Positions 19,455-28,610 of a DNA stretch of 64,000 bases are shown piece by piece. The notes beneath the pieces are model-generated. The model was not told the origin of the DNA. It worked only from the letters and a program-made list of their open reading frames with translations, and ran no database searches. This DNA is from Candidatus Latescibacterota bacterium (lineage in GTDB: Bacteria; Latescibacterota; UBA2968; UBA8231). Position numbers and translations under genes: made by a program. Position 1 is the stretch's first letter; the number at the start of each line of letters is the position of its first letter. The stretch spans positions 640,001-704,000 of the forward strand of contig CBDCSU010000004.1 in assembly GCA_965221775.1 (NCBI GenBank), read 5' to 3'.

Positions 19455-19500
19455 GGCCGGAGGCAGCAACACCCCCACCGAACCAAGGAGAGAGCAGACC

Positions 19501-20400
19501 ATGACCGACAAGCTGGCACGCGGGATCCTGCCCGCCCTGTGCACCGCCTTCGACGACGACGGCGCCCACCCCGACGACGACCGCCAGCGGGTCCTGCTGC
19601 GCGCCCTCCTCGAGGCCGGCTCGCAGGGCTTCTTCGTATGCGGCGGCACCGGCGAGGGCCGCGCCATGTCGGTGCCGGAACGCAGGCAGGTGGCCGAGGT
19701 GGTGGCCGCCGAGGTCGCCGGCCAGGTGCCCCTGATCCTGCAGGTCGGCGCCTGTCCCACGGCGGACGCCGTCGAGCTGGCCCGCCACGCGGCCGGGGTG
19801 CCGGGCATCGACGCCGTCGCCTCGGTGGCGCCCGTGGACCGCCCGAACGACCTCGCCGCCGCCGAGGAGCACTACGCCGCCATCGGCGCCGCCACCGACC
19901 TGCCCTTCTACGTCTACTGGCTGGCCCGCGAAGCCGACCAGGCGGCCACGGCGGACCGCTTCCTGGAGGCCATGGAGCGGGTGCCCCGTTTCGCCGGGAT
20001 CAAGTTCACCGACTACAACCTCTTCCTCTTCGGCCAGCTCATCGAGCTCACCGGGGGGCGCATCAACGCCATCAGCGGCCCCGACGAGATGTGCCTGCCC
20101 GCCATGTGCATGGGCGCCGACGCGGCGATCGGCACGACCTACAACGTCATGCCGCGGATCTTCCTGGAGATGCGCCGCGCCTTCGACGCCGGCGACCTCG
20201 ACACCGCCCGCCGCTGCCAGCGCCACGCCAACCGGGTCATCCGCATCCTCATGGGAGCCGAGGTCATGGCGGCGGTGAAGGCGGTCCTCGGATGGCGGGG
20301 CACGTCCGCGGGCCCGCCCCGGGTGGTGGATCCCCTCGACGCGGAAGGAGAGGCGCGGCTGCGGCGGCAGCTGGAGGCGCTGGACTTCGAGGTGGCTTGA
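19501..20400 (+). CDS. Dihydrodipicolinate synthase/N-acetylneuraminate lyase family aldolase
   Basis: CGGTGEG, catalytic Y and GIKFT, G.DE, IGTTYN; AAGGAG SD. Confidence 0.88.
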   Translation: MTDKLARGILPALCTAFDDDGAHPDDDRQRVLLRALLEAGSQGFFVCGGTGEGRAMSVPERRQVAEVVAAEVAGQVPLILQVGACPTADAVELARHAAGVPGIDAVASVAPVDRPNDLAAAEEHYAAIGAATDLPFYVYWLAREADQAATADRFLEAMERVPRFAGIKFTDYNLFLFGQLIELTGGRINAISGPDEMCLPAMCMGADAAIGTTYNVMPRIFLEMRRAFDAGDLDTARRCQRHANRVIRILMGAEVMAAVKAVLGWRGTSAGPPRVVDPLDAEGEARLRRQLEALDFEVA

Positions 20401-20432
20401 GGGTTCTGGGGCCCGGTGCCTGAAGCCCCGGG

Positions 20433-21518
20433 CTACCGGCGGCGCTCGCGAGCCGGCCGTCTTCGCCGCGGAGGGCCGCCGTCTCCCAGCTCTCCCCGGC
20501 GCCAGGCGGCGATGTAGGCGGCGCAGTGCTCGTCCCGGCCCATCAGTACGTCATCGGCCAGCCGGTAGGGGCGCGAGCCGCGGTCGAGGGCGAAGACCTT
20601 GTCGGGGCGGCTGGTCACCGGATCGATGATGCCGCTGTCGGCGCCGGCCTCGACTGCCAGGACCATGAAGACGTCGTTGATCCACTTGCGGCTCGGGATG
20701 CCGAAGGAGACGTTGCTCATCCCCCCGGTGATGTGAATCTCGGGGCCGTACTTGTGGCGCAGAGCGGCGATCGCCTCGAAGCTGTGCCGTCCGAAGCGGC
20801 CGTCCACCGAGATCGGGAAGATCAGCGGGTCGATGTAGATGTCGCCGGCGGCGATCCCCTTCTCGAAGGCGGCGTCGACCATGCGGGAGGCATTGGCGAT
20901 GCGCTCTTCGGCGCTCTCGGGCATCCCGGACTCGCCGGCGGCGGTGACGATGACGTGGGCGTCGTGCTCGACGGCCAGATCGAGGGCATCGAGGCGTTCG
21001 AGTGAGGCCGAGTTGAGCATCGGCCGCCCCTTCGACCCGTCCCACGCCCGCAGGCCGACGGAGATCGTCTCCGCATTGGAGGAATCGACGGAGACCGGGA
21101 TGTCGGTCAGGCCCTGCACCGTCGTCACGAGCCAGGCCATGGCCTGCTTCTGCTCCTCGAGCTTCAGCGAGATCTCATCGACGTTGAGATCGAGGAAGTC
21201 GGCGCCCGCCTGTTCCTGGCGCTGAACCATCCGTCTCAGGTAATGCATGCCCTCGGCGGCGGACTCCCGGTCGCCGCCCATCGCCGCCTGCACGGCGATC
21301 TTGACGTGCTTGACGCGGCCTTCCTCGAAGTCCTGGGTGCCCTCCACCGCTTCCGGAATGACCAGCTGGCGCCCCTCGCCGTCGACCGAGCGGTAGCGCA
21401 CCGCCTGGCGGCCGTCGGCGGTGGTCGTGACGAGCTTGCCGCGGCGCATCACCACCCGCGTGGTGTGGATGTTCTCGCCGATGATGACGAAATCGAGATC
21501 GGGGTTCTTCAGCTTCAT
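20433..21518 (-). CDS. Pterin-binding methyltetrahydrofolate:corrinoid methyltransferase (AcsE/MetH pterin module)
   Basis: IIGENIHTT, GADFLDLN, SVDSS, MLNS, IDPL, GMSNVSFG.P, GADSGIIDP. Confidence 0.9.
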   Translation of the reverse strand: MKLKNPDLDFVIIGENIHTTRVVMRRGKLVTTTADGRQAVRYRSVDGEGRQLVIPEAVEGTQDFEEGRVKHVKIAVQAAMGGDRESAAEGMHYLRRMVQRQEQAGADFLDLNVDEISLKLEEQKQAMAWLVTTVQGLTDIPVSVDSSNAETISVGLRAWDGSKGRPMLNSASLERLDALDLAVEHDAHVIVTAAGESGMPESAEERIANASRMVDAAFEKGIAAGDIYIDPLIFPISVDGRFGRHSFEAIAALRHKYGPEIHITGGMSNVSFGIPSRKWINDVFMVLAVEAGADSGIIDPVTSRPDKVFALDRGSRPYRLADDVLMGRDEHCAAYIAAWRRGELGDGGPPRRRRPARERRR

Positions 21519-21665
21519 GGCAGGTGCTCTCTCCCAGCCTGTCGAATCTAAGCTGGAAACCACCTGCGCGCCTGCCGATGGCTGGCCCTGGAGGCCTGCA
21601 GCGCGTGCTGGAGCAGCAGGTGACCGGAGCCCCGAGGCGCAGGCGCCATGGGCGCCAACCTGCTG

Positions 21666-22712
21666 TCACCCCACCCGGTAGCGCTCCACCACCTCCAGGT
21701 CCAGCTTCACCCCCAGGCCGGGCCCGCCGGGCACCGTGAAGTGGCCCTCGGCCAGCTCCAGGCTGCCGCCGAGGACGTCCGCCTCGCGCACGAAGGGCAG
21801 CTCGTCGCAGGGCAGGGTGGCGTTGGGGATCGTCGCCTGCACGTGCACCGAGTAGGCGGCGAGCACGCCGAGACAGACGCCGCCCATCTGCACCCACACG
21901 GGAACGTTGCCGGCGGCGGCCACGGCGGCGGCGGCCCTCACCTCCCGGGCCCGCCCGCCGAGGGTGAGGTAGTCGACGCACTCGGCCTTGAGAGCCGCCA
22001 GCACGTCGGCGCCGCGGCAGGGGCGGCGGCCCTGGGGCACGCCGATGTGCATGGCCACGGGGATGTGGGTCTTCTTCCGCAGCAGGCGCCAGGAATCGAG
22101 GTTCTCCTTGGGGATGGGGTCCTCGAAGTTGGCCACCGTGCCGAAGGGCTCCAGCTCCGCCGCGAGACGGGCGGCCGTGTGCACGTGGCCGAAGCTTGTG
22201 TTGGGGTCGACGCCGACGGTGTACCCGGGACCCGCCGCCGCCTTCATGAGGCGGACGGTCTCGACGATGTTGTGAGTCCTCGCCTTGAGCTTGTGGTTGG
22301 TGAACCCCAGGCGGCGGCCAGCCTCGGCCTCGGCGGCGGTATCGGCGGCCGGCATGGCCGAGGACCAGTAGGAGACCGGCACCCGGTCCCGCACCCGGGG
22401 GCCGAAGAACCGCCACACGGGCCAACCGAGGGCCTGGCCCTGCAGGTCGAGGAAGGCGCACTCGAAGAGATCCTCCTGGGTGAAGGGGTCCACGGCCAGG
22501 GGGTCCTGCCCGACGAAGGCGGCGGCCTGCGCCTCCAGGCGGGCGCGGGCCTCCTGCGACAGGGTGTAGACCGCTGACTCGCCGATCCCCTCCAGGCCCT
22601 CGTCGGTGCGCACCCGGCAGAGCGTGATGTCGTAGATCTTCGGGTTGAGCCGGGCGATCGCCGCGATGGGCGGGATCTCCACGTGGTACAGGTCGACGCC
22701 GGTCACTCTCAT
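21666..22712 (-). CDS. Mandelate racemase/muconate lactonizing enzyme family protein
   Basis: TDEGLEGIGE, KLK, DPN, EDP, GPGLG. Confidence 0.88.
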   Translation of the reverse strand: MRVTGVDLYHVEIPPIAAIARLNPKIYDITLCRVRTDEGLEGIGESAVYTLSQEARARLEAQAAAFVGQDPLAVDPFTQEDLFECAFLDLQGQALGWPVWRFFGPRVRDRVPVSYWSSAMPAADTAAEAEAGRRLGFTNHKLKARTHNIVETVRLMKAAAGPGYTVGVDPNTSFGHVHTAARLAAELEPFGTVANFEDPIPKENLDSWRLLRKKTHIPVAMHIGVPQGRRPCRGADVLAALKAECVDYLTLGGRAREVRAAAAVAAAGNVPVWVQMGGVCLGVLAAYSVHVQATIPNATLPCDELPFVREADVLGGSLELAEGHFTVPGGPGLGVKLDLEVVERYRVG

Positions 22713-22833
22713 CCGCTTGCCCTCCTGCCGGCCAAGTTACCGCCTCTCCTTGCGTGCCGCGAGACGCCGGGCTTGAATCAGCCTCCCTCGCCGGCCCGCC
22801 GACGGCGCCGGCCGAATCCCGGGAAGCCCGCCC

Positions 22834-24039
22834 ATGTCCCTGCGCGTCGGCGTCGTCGGCTGCGGCGCCTTCTCCCCCGGCTTCATCATCCTCTTCAAGG
22901 CCCATCCCCTCGTGGAGTCGGTGGTCCTCTGCGACCTCGACGCCGACAAGCTCGCCGCCGCCGCCGAACGCCACGGCATCGCCGACACCCGCTCCAGCCT
23001 GGAGGAGCTGTGCGCCGACGCCAGCGTCGACGCGGTGGCCCTCTTCACCCAGAACTGGCTCCACGGCCCCCAGGCGGCGGCCGCCCTGCGCGCCGGCAAG
23101 CACGTGTACAGCGCCGTGCCCACGGGGATCACCGCCGAGGAGGTGACCGATCTCGTCGACGCCGCCGCCGGCACGGACCGCCTCTACATGCTCGGCGAGA
23201 CCAGCTACTACTACCCGGGCGTGATCTACTGCCGCGGGCGCTTCCGGGCCGGCGACTTCGGGCGCCCGGTCCACGCCGAGGCCGAGTACCTCCACGACTT
23301 CAGCCACGGCCTCTACGCGGTGATGGAGTCGCGCGGAGGCCGCGACTGGAAGCGCTTCGCCGGCGGCCCCCCCATGCAGTACCCCACCCACTCCACGAGC
23401 CAGATCCTCTCGGTCACCGGGGCGCGCATGACCCACGTCTCCGGCCACGGGTTCGTCGACGACCACGAGGACGGCCTGTTCCGCGCCGGCTCGAACCAGT
23501 GGGCCAACGAGTTCAGCAACGAGACCGCCTTCTTCCGGCTCTCCGACGGCAGCGCCTGCCGCATCGCCGAGATGCGCCGCGTCGGCCACCCGGGGGGCGT
23601 GCGCATGTCCCTCTACGGCACCGCCGGCAGCTACGAGCAGCACGTCTCCGGCGTCCGCTGGCTCACCGCCCGGCGCGCCGAGACCGAGTCCCTCGAAGAC
23701 CTGCTCACCGGCACGGGGGTCCCCGGGCCGCGGCCCGGAGACGGCCTCTTCGAGGCGGTGGCGCCGGTGCACCCGGTGCAGCGCCTGCCGCGGCAGTTCC
23801 TGGGCCTGCCCAACGGCCACCGAGGCTCGCACCAGTTCCTGGTGGACGACTTCGTGCGCGCCGCCGTGGACGGGGTGCTGCCGCCCAACAACGCCTGGGC
23901 GGCGGCGCGCTACATGCTGCCCGGCCTGGTGGCCCACGAGTCCGCCCGCCGCGGCGGCGAGCTGCTGGAGATCCCGGATCTCGGCGATCCGCCTTCGACG
24001 CCGGTGGAGTACGACGAGCCGGTCGCCGGGGGCGCCTGA
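22834..24039 (+). CDS. Gfo/Idh/MocA family oxidoreductase
   Basis: VGVVGCG, GKHVYSAVP, YPTHS, HRGSH. Confidence 0.88.
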   Translation: MSLRVGVVGCGAFSPGFIILFKAHPLVESVVLCDLDADKLAAAAERHGIADTRSSLEELCADASVDAVALFTQNWLHGPQAAAALRAGKHVYSAVPTGITAEEVTDLVDAAAGTDRLYMLGETSYYYPGVIYCRGRFRAGDFGRPVHAEAEYLHDFSHGLYAVMESRGGRDWKRFAGGPPMQYPTHSTSQILSVTGARMTHVSGHGFVDDHEDGLFRAGSNQWANEFSNETAFFRLSDGSACRIAEMRRVGHPGGVRMSLYGTAGSYEQHVSGVRWLTARRAETESLEDLLTGTGVPGPRPGDGLFEAVAPVHPVQRLPRQFLGLPNGHRGSHQFLVDDFVRAAVDGVLPPNNAWAAARYMLPGLVAHESARRGGELLEIPDLGDPPSTPVEYDEPVAGGA

Positions 24040-25277
24040 TGGACCCCACCCTCAACCGCACCCGCTCCGCGCCGGGCCGGCTGGAGCTGAGCGTCGGCCC
24101 CGGCGGCGACCTGGAGGGCCGCGGCGACAAGGTGCTGCAGGCCGGCGCCGACTACCTGGCGCGCCTCGGCGGCGGGACCCTGCGCGTCCTGCCCGCCACC
24201 TACCGCATGACCAACGCCCTCTACCTGCATCCGGGGCTGACCCTGCGCGGCGCCGGCGAGGCCACGGTCCTGCGCAAGACGGCGAGCGGCTCCACGCCGC
24301 TGGTCCGGGACTCCGACTGGTACGAGAACCGGGTCACGGTGGAGGACCCCTCCCCCTTCCGGCCCGGGTGCGGCATCATGCTGCGCTCGTACGCCGACGG
24401 GGGCGGCCTGCGCGAGGTGGTGCGCGACACCGTGGTCGACGTGGACGGGTCCGAGCTGACCCTCTCCCGGCGGCTGCTGAAGAACTTCTGGCTCGAGCAC
24501 CGGGCCACGGCGGCCACCCTCTTCCCGCTGGTCACCGCCGAGGAGGGCGTCTGCGACGTCACCGTGGAGGAACTGGTCCTCGACGGCAACCTCGACGAGA
24601 ACGAGGAGATCAACGGCAACTACGCAGGGGCCGTCTTCATCCAGCAGTGCCACCGCTGGAGCTTCCGCGGCGTCACCGCCCGCGGCTATCACGGCGACGG
24701 CTTCAGCTTCCAGGTCTGCGACGACGTGAGCTTCGAGGACTGCCGCTCCCTGGACAACGCCAGCCTCGGCTTCCACCCGGGCTCGGGATCGCAGCGCCCC
24801 CTCTTCCGCCGCTGCGAGGCCCGCGGCAACGCCCAGGGGATCTTCTTCTGCTGGGGGGTCACCGACGGCCGGGTCGAGGACTGCACCTGCGTCGGCAACC
24901 GCGACTACGGCATCAGCATCGGCCACCGCGACACCGACAACCGGCTCACGGGTACCCTCTTCGAGGGCAACCACCGCGTCGGTCTGCTCTTCCGCGAGGC
25001 CGACTCCGGGTACCGCGGCGGCCACCGCAACGTGGTGGAGGGCTGCCGGTTCGTCGACAATGGCTTCGCCGACGAGGGGGTGGCCGTGGACATCCGCGGC
25101 GACACCCGCGGAACGGAGATCCGCGACTGCCACTTCGAGGCGGGCGCCGCGGGACGGCAGCGCGTCGGCATCCGCATCGGCGACGAAGCGCTGGGCACCC
25201 GCCTCTCGGGGAACGCCTTCGAGGGGCTGGTCGAGGACGTGGCCGGAGGCGCGGCGGAGACCGGGCCGGGCGGCTGA
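24039..25277 (+). CDS. Right-handed parallel beta-helix protein (pectin lyase fold)
   Basis: GGGTLRVLPATY, LDGN, repeated N...G(I/F) rungs; TGATG overlap. Confidence 0.8.
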   Translation: MDPTLNRTRSAPGRLELSVGPGGDLEGRGDKVLQAGADYLARLGGGTLRVLPATYRMTNALYLHPGLTLRGAGEATVLRKTASGSTPLVRDSDWYENRVTVEDPSPFRPGCGIMLRSYADGGGLREVVRDTVVDVDGSELTLSRRLLKNFWLEHRATAATLFPLVTAEEGVCDVTVEELVLDGNLDENEEINGNYAGAVFIQQCHRWSFRGVTARGYHGDGFSFQVCDDVSFEDCRSLDNASLGFHPGSGSQRPLFRRCEARGNAQGIFFCWGVTDGRVEDCTCVGNRDYGISIGHRDTDNRLTGTLFEGNHRVGLLFREADSGYRGGHRNVVEGCRFVDNGFADEGVAVDIRGDTRGTEIRDCHFEAGAAGRQRVGIRIGDEALGTRLSGNAFEGLVEDVAGGAAETGPGG

Positions 25278-25280
25278 CCG

Positions 25281-26696
25281 GTGGACCGCTTCCTCCTCGT
25301 CGACTTCGGCACGACGAGCACCAAGTCGGCCCTCCTGCAGCTCGACGGCGGACGCTTCGAGCACCTGCGCCGGCACCCGGCCCTGCCCGCCCTCCCCGGG
25401 CCGGCGGGCCGTCACGAGGTCCCGCTGGCCGCCATCCGCGAGCGCTTCCACGACCTGTGCGCCGACGCCTGGGCCGCCTCGGGGAGCGGCTTCGACGGAA
25501 TCGTCCTGTGCAGCGAGATGCACGGCTTCGCCCTGCTGGACCCCCGGACCCGCGAGCCCCTCACCCAGTACGTCTCCTGGCTCGACGGACGCTCCCTGGA
25601 GAGGGTGGACGGGCGCAGCTCCTTCGACTTGGTGGCCGCCCACCTCGGGGACGGTTTCCGTCGCCTCTCCGGCATGCGGCCTCGGTCCGGGTTCCCGCTG
25701 ATCAACCTCGTCCACTGCGGGCGCACCATGGACCTGCCGGCCGAGGTGGAGATCGTCTCCCTGCCCGGCTGGCTCTGCCGCGCCGAGGATGGAGGCCCGC
25801 CGCCCGAGCACCCCACCATCCTGGCGGGCATGGCCCTCTACGACGTGTCCCGCAAGGAGGTCGCACCGGACCTGCTGGAGACGGCGCGGGAGCTGGGCGG
25901 CGTGTCGCCGATCCCGGGGGAGCCCTGCTCCGAGGAGACCGCCGCCGGATACTGGGCCGGGCCCCGGGGTCCCGTGCCGGTCTACGCCGGCGTCGGCGAC
26001 CACCAGTGCTCGGTGCTGGGCGCCGGCGTCGTCGAGGGGACCACGGCCTCCGTCAACCTCGGCACCGGCAGCCAGGTCGCCGTCCCGCGGGCCCCGCGGG
26101 ACCAGGCCTTCGAGCACCGTCCTTACTTCGACGGGCTGGACCTGACCGCGGTCACCCACATCCCGGCAGGCCGCGCCCTCGGCGAGTTCGTCGGCTTCCT
26201 GCAGCAGATCTCCGAGCGCACCCCGGCGGCCGCCGGCGGGCCTCCGCGGCCGGACTGGTGGGCGGAGCTGGCCGCCCTCGGCCCCCCGGAGGTGGACGCC
26301 GCCACCCTGGAGGTGGACCTGGCCGTCTTCGAGGGAGCCCGCGGGTTCCGGTCGGGGGGCGGCATCGGCGGCCTGCTGGAGGGCGGCCTGACCCCGGGGA
26401 ACTACCTCGCCTCGGTGCTGCGCGCCTTCGTGACCCAGTACGCCGAGGTCCTCGACGAGCTGGACCCCGGCCGCCGCCTGGAGAGGGTGGCCCTCGGCGG
26501 GGGAATCGCCCGCAACCTGCCGCACCTGGCCGAGCTGCTGGCCCGCGCCTCGGGGCGGACCGTGCGCGGGGCCTGCGCCCTCGACGAGTCCCTCCTCGGC
26601 CTGCGGGCCCTCGCCCTGCGCTGCGCCGGACGGGCGTCCACGGCCGCGGAGGCTTGGCGCCTCCACGGGCGAGCGTGCGAGATCGTCGATGGGTGA
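25281..26696 (+). CDS. FGGY family carbohydrate kinase (sedoheptulokinase-like)
   Basis: DFGTTSTK, EMHG, SWLD.R, GDHQCS, NLGTGSQ, LGGG. Confidence 0.85.
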   Translation: MDRFLLVDFGTTSTKSALLQLDGGRFEHLRRHPALPALPGPAGRHEVPLAAIRERFHDLCADAWAASGSGFDGIVLCSEMHGFALLDPRTREPLTQYVSWLDGRSLERVDGRSSFDLVAAHLGDGFRRLSGMRPRSGFPLINLVHCGRTMDLPAEVEIVSLPGWLCRAEDGGPPPEHPTILAGMALYDVSRKEVAPDLLETARELGGVSPIPGEPCSEETAAGYWAGPRGPVPVYAGVGDHQCSVLGAGVVEGTTASVNLGTGSQVAVPRAPRDQAFEHRPYFDGLDLTAVTHIPAGRALGEFVGFLQQISERTPAAAGGPPRPDWWAELAALGPPEVDAATLEVDLAVFEGARGFRSGGGIGGLLEGGLTPGNYLASVLRAFVTQYAEVLDELDPGRRLERVALGGGIARNLPHLAELLARASGRTVRGACALDESLLGLRALALRCAGRASTAAEAWRLHGRACEIVDG

Positions 26697-26732
26697 GGTG
26701 GGCAGGACCCGGCGGGAGGAGAGAGGGGGTCC

Positions 26733-27107
26733 ATGCCTCTGATCGAGGTGGAGGTCGTCGCCGACGACGAGCTGAGCCCGACCCTGGCCCCGAGGCTGGC
26801 CGAAGCCGCCGGCGCTGCGCTGGACGCACCCGCGGGGCAGACGTGGGTGCGCCTGCGCCGGTTGACGACCGCGTCCTACGCCGAGAGCGGCGGGGGCCCG
26901 CCCCCCGGCCTGCGGCCGGTGTTCGTCCAGGTCCTGCAGGCCCGGCTGCCCGACGAGGCGACCCTGGCTCGACAGGCGGCTTCCCTGAGCGCGGCGATTG
27001 CCGAGGTCTGCGGGCGCCCCGCCGACCATGTGCACGTGGTGTTCTGCCCCGCGGGGGAGGGCCGCATCGCCTTCGGCGGCCGGCTCCTGCGCGGGGAGGG
27101 ACAGTAA
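26733..27107 (+). CDS. Tautomerase superfamily protein
   Basis: N-terminal MP (catalytic Pro1), two beta-alpha-beta units, IAFGG tail. Confidence 0.7.
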   Translation: MPLIEVEVVADDELSPTLAPRLAEAAGAALDAPAGQTWVRLRRLTTASYAESGGGPPPGLRPVFVQVLQARLPDEATLARQAASLSAAIAEVCGRPADHVHVVFCPAGEGRIAFGGRLLRGEGQ

Positions 27108-27235
27108 CCCTCGCTGGCGGCCCCCCCGGGTCCGGGCCGGTCAGACCTCCTCCGGGCCCGGGAGTTGTCAAGGCCCGGCCCCATGTGCTTAGCTGACTCC
27201 CGACTCGGACCCCACGCGAACCGGAGGAGCAACCG

Positions 27236-28459
27236 ATGAAGATCACGGATATCGAGGTCATCCCCGTCGCCATGCCCCTGGCCGCCCGCTACGACGACGC
27301 CGCCGGCCGGGTGCGCATGGGGGGCATCGACGACCACGTCGTCGTCAAGATCCACACCGACAACGGCCTGACCGGGTACGGCGACTACGAGGACGTGCCC
27401 CGCATCGACGAGTCGGTGATCCAGTCCCTCATCGGGCGCAGCCCTTTCGACTACATCAACAACGATCTCAACCTCGCCCTCGGCATGGCCCTCTACGACG
27501 TGATGGGCAAGTACCTCGAGGTGCCGGCGTACAAGCTCATGGGCCAGAAGCTGCGCGACGCCGTGCCCTGCGCCGCCTGGACGCGGCCCTGTTCCCCCGA
27601 GGTCTTCGCCGGCGAGGTCCGGCGCTCGGCGGAGCAGGGCTACCGCGTCTTCAAGATGCACTCCAACGCCCGTTACGACGTGATCGAGCAGACCCGGGCC
27701 GCCGCCGACGCGGTGCCGGCGGGCTTCAAGCTGCACTGGGACTTCAACCACAACCGCAGCCCGGGGGTGGTGCTGCCCATCCTCGCCGAGATGGAACGGG
27801 ACCACTCCCACATCGTCGGCTTCGTCGAGGACCCCCTCCCCTGGCAGGACGTCGACGGTTGGGCGAGACTGCGCGCCAAGTCGAAGATCCCCCTGATCAT
27901 GCACGTGCCCCAGCTCGGCGGCATCCAGGAGGTCATGGCCGGGGCCGCCGACATCTACATGACCGGCGGCGCCATCGGCCGCACCCTGCGCGCCGGCTTC
28001 GCCTACGCCCAGGCCAACGTGCAGACCCTGATCCAGCAGTCCGGGGGGGCGCTGATGAAGGCCCTCACCCTGCACCAGGCGGCGGTGCTGCCCACGGCGA
28101 CGGCCCACGTCATCACCCTGGACGACCAGTACGAGCGCGACATCGCCACACCGGTGGCCGTGGACGAAGGCTTCTCCCGCGTCCCCGAGGCGCCGGGACT
28201 CGGCCTGGAGGTGGACGACGACGCCATCGCCGAGTTCGCCCGCGGCGAGCGCCTGGGGCGGGTGGAGTACATCGGCGTCCTGACCCTGCCCGGCGGCAAG
28301 CGGCTGTACACGAAGGGATCGCCGGGCGTGCAGCAACTCACCGGCTTCGAGGAGGGCGCCCTGCCCGGCATCGGCTTCGAGTACTGGGAGGACGACGGCA
28401 GCGAGGAGTACCGCAAGGCCCGCGCCCGTCTCGACGCCGAGGGGACCTACATGGTCTGA
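27236..28459 (+). CDS. Mandelate racemase/muconate lactonizing enzyme family protein
   Basis: MKITDIE, TDNGLTGYG, FKMH, WDFNH, EDP, PGLG; GGAGGAG SD. Confidence 0.88.
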   Translation: MKITDIEVIPVAMPLAARYDDAAGRVRMGGIDDHVVVKIHTDNGLTGYGDYEDVPRIDESVIQSLIGRSPFDYINNDLNLALGMALYDVMGKYLEVPAYKLMGQKLRDAVPCAAWTRPCSPEVFAGEVRRSAEQGYRVFKMHSNARYDVIEQTRAAADAVPAGFKLHWDFNHNRSPGVVLPILAEMERDHSHIVGFVEDPLPWQDVDGWARLRAKSKIPLIMHVPQLGGIQEVMAGAADIYMTGGAIGRTLRAGFAYAQANVQTLIQQSGGALMKALTLHQAAVLPTATAHVITLDDQYERDIATPVAVDEGFSRVPEAPGLGLEVDDDAIAEFARGERLGRVEYIGVLTLPGGKRLYTKGSPGVQQLTGFEEGALPGIGFEYWEDDGSEEYRKARARLDAEGTYMV

Positions 28460-28473
28460 GGAGAAGGCGGGTT

Positions 28474-28610
28474 GGTCAGCGGCGCCGGGCCTGGCGCCGA
28501 CGCCCGGGAGGACCGTCAGCGGCGGTGAGCCAGGCCCGCACCGGCTCGAGGCCTCCCGCCGGAGGCCCGGGCCACCGTCAGCGGCGGTGGGTCAGCCAGG
28601 CCTTCACCCG
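28474..28610. repeat. Degenerate tandem copies of the dehydrogenase stop-codon region
   Basis: ACCGTCAGCGGCGGTG at 28512 and 28574; GTCAGCGGCG at 28475. Confidence 0.8.

Noticed and set aside
20433-21518. Dihydropteroate synthase FolP
   Set aside because: GEN and SNVSFG motifs are of methyltransferase type; no TPDSFSDG or SRK motif
21570-21620. SAH riboswitch suggested by GCGCTGCA on the minus strand
   Set aside because: Flanking GAGGAG and CAGGCTC elements are absent
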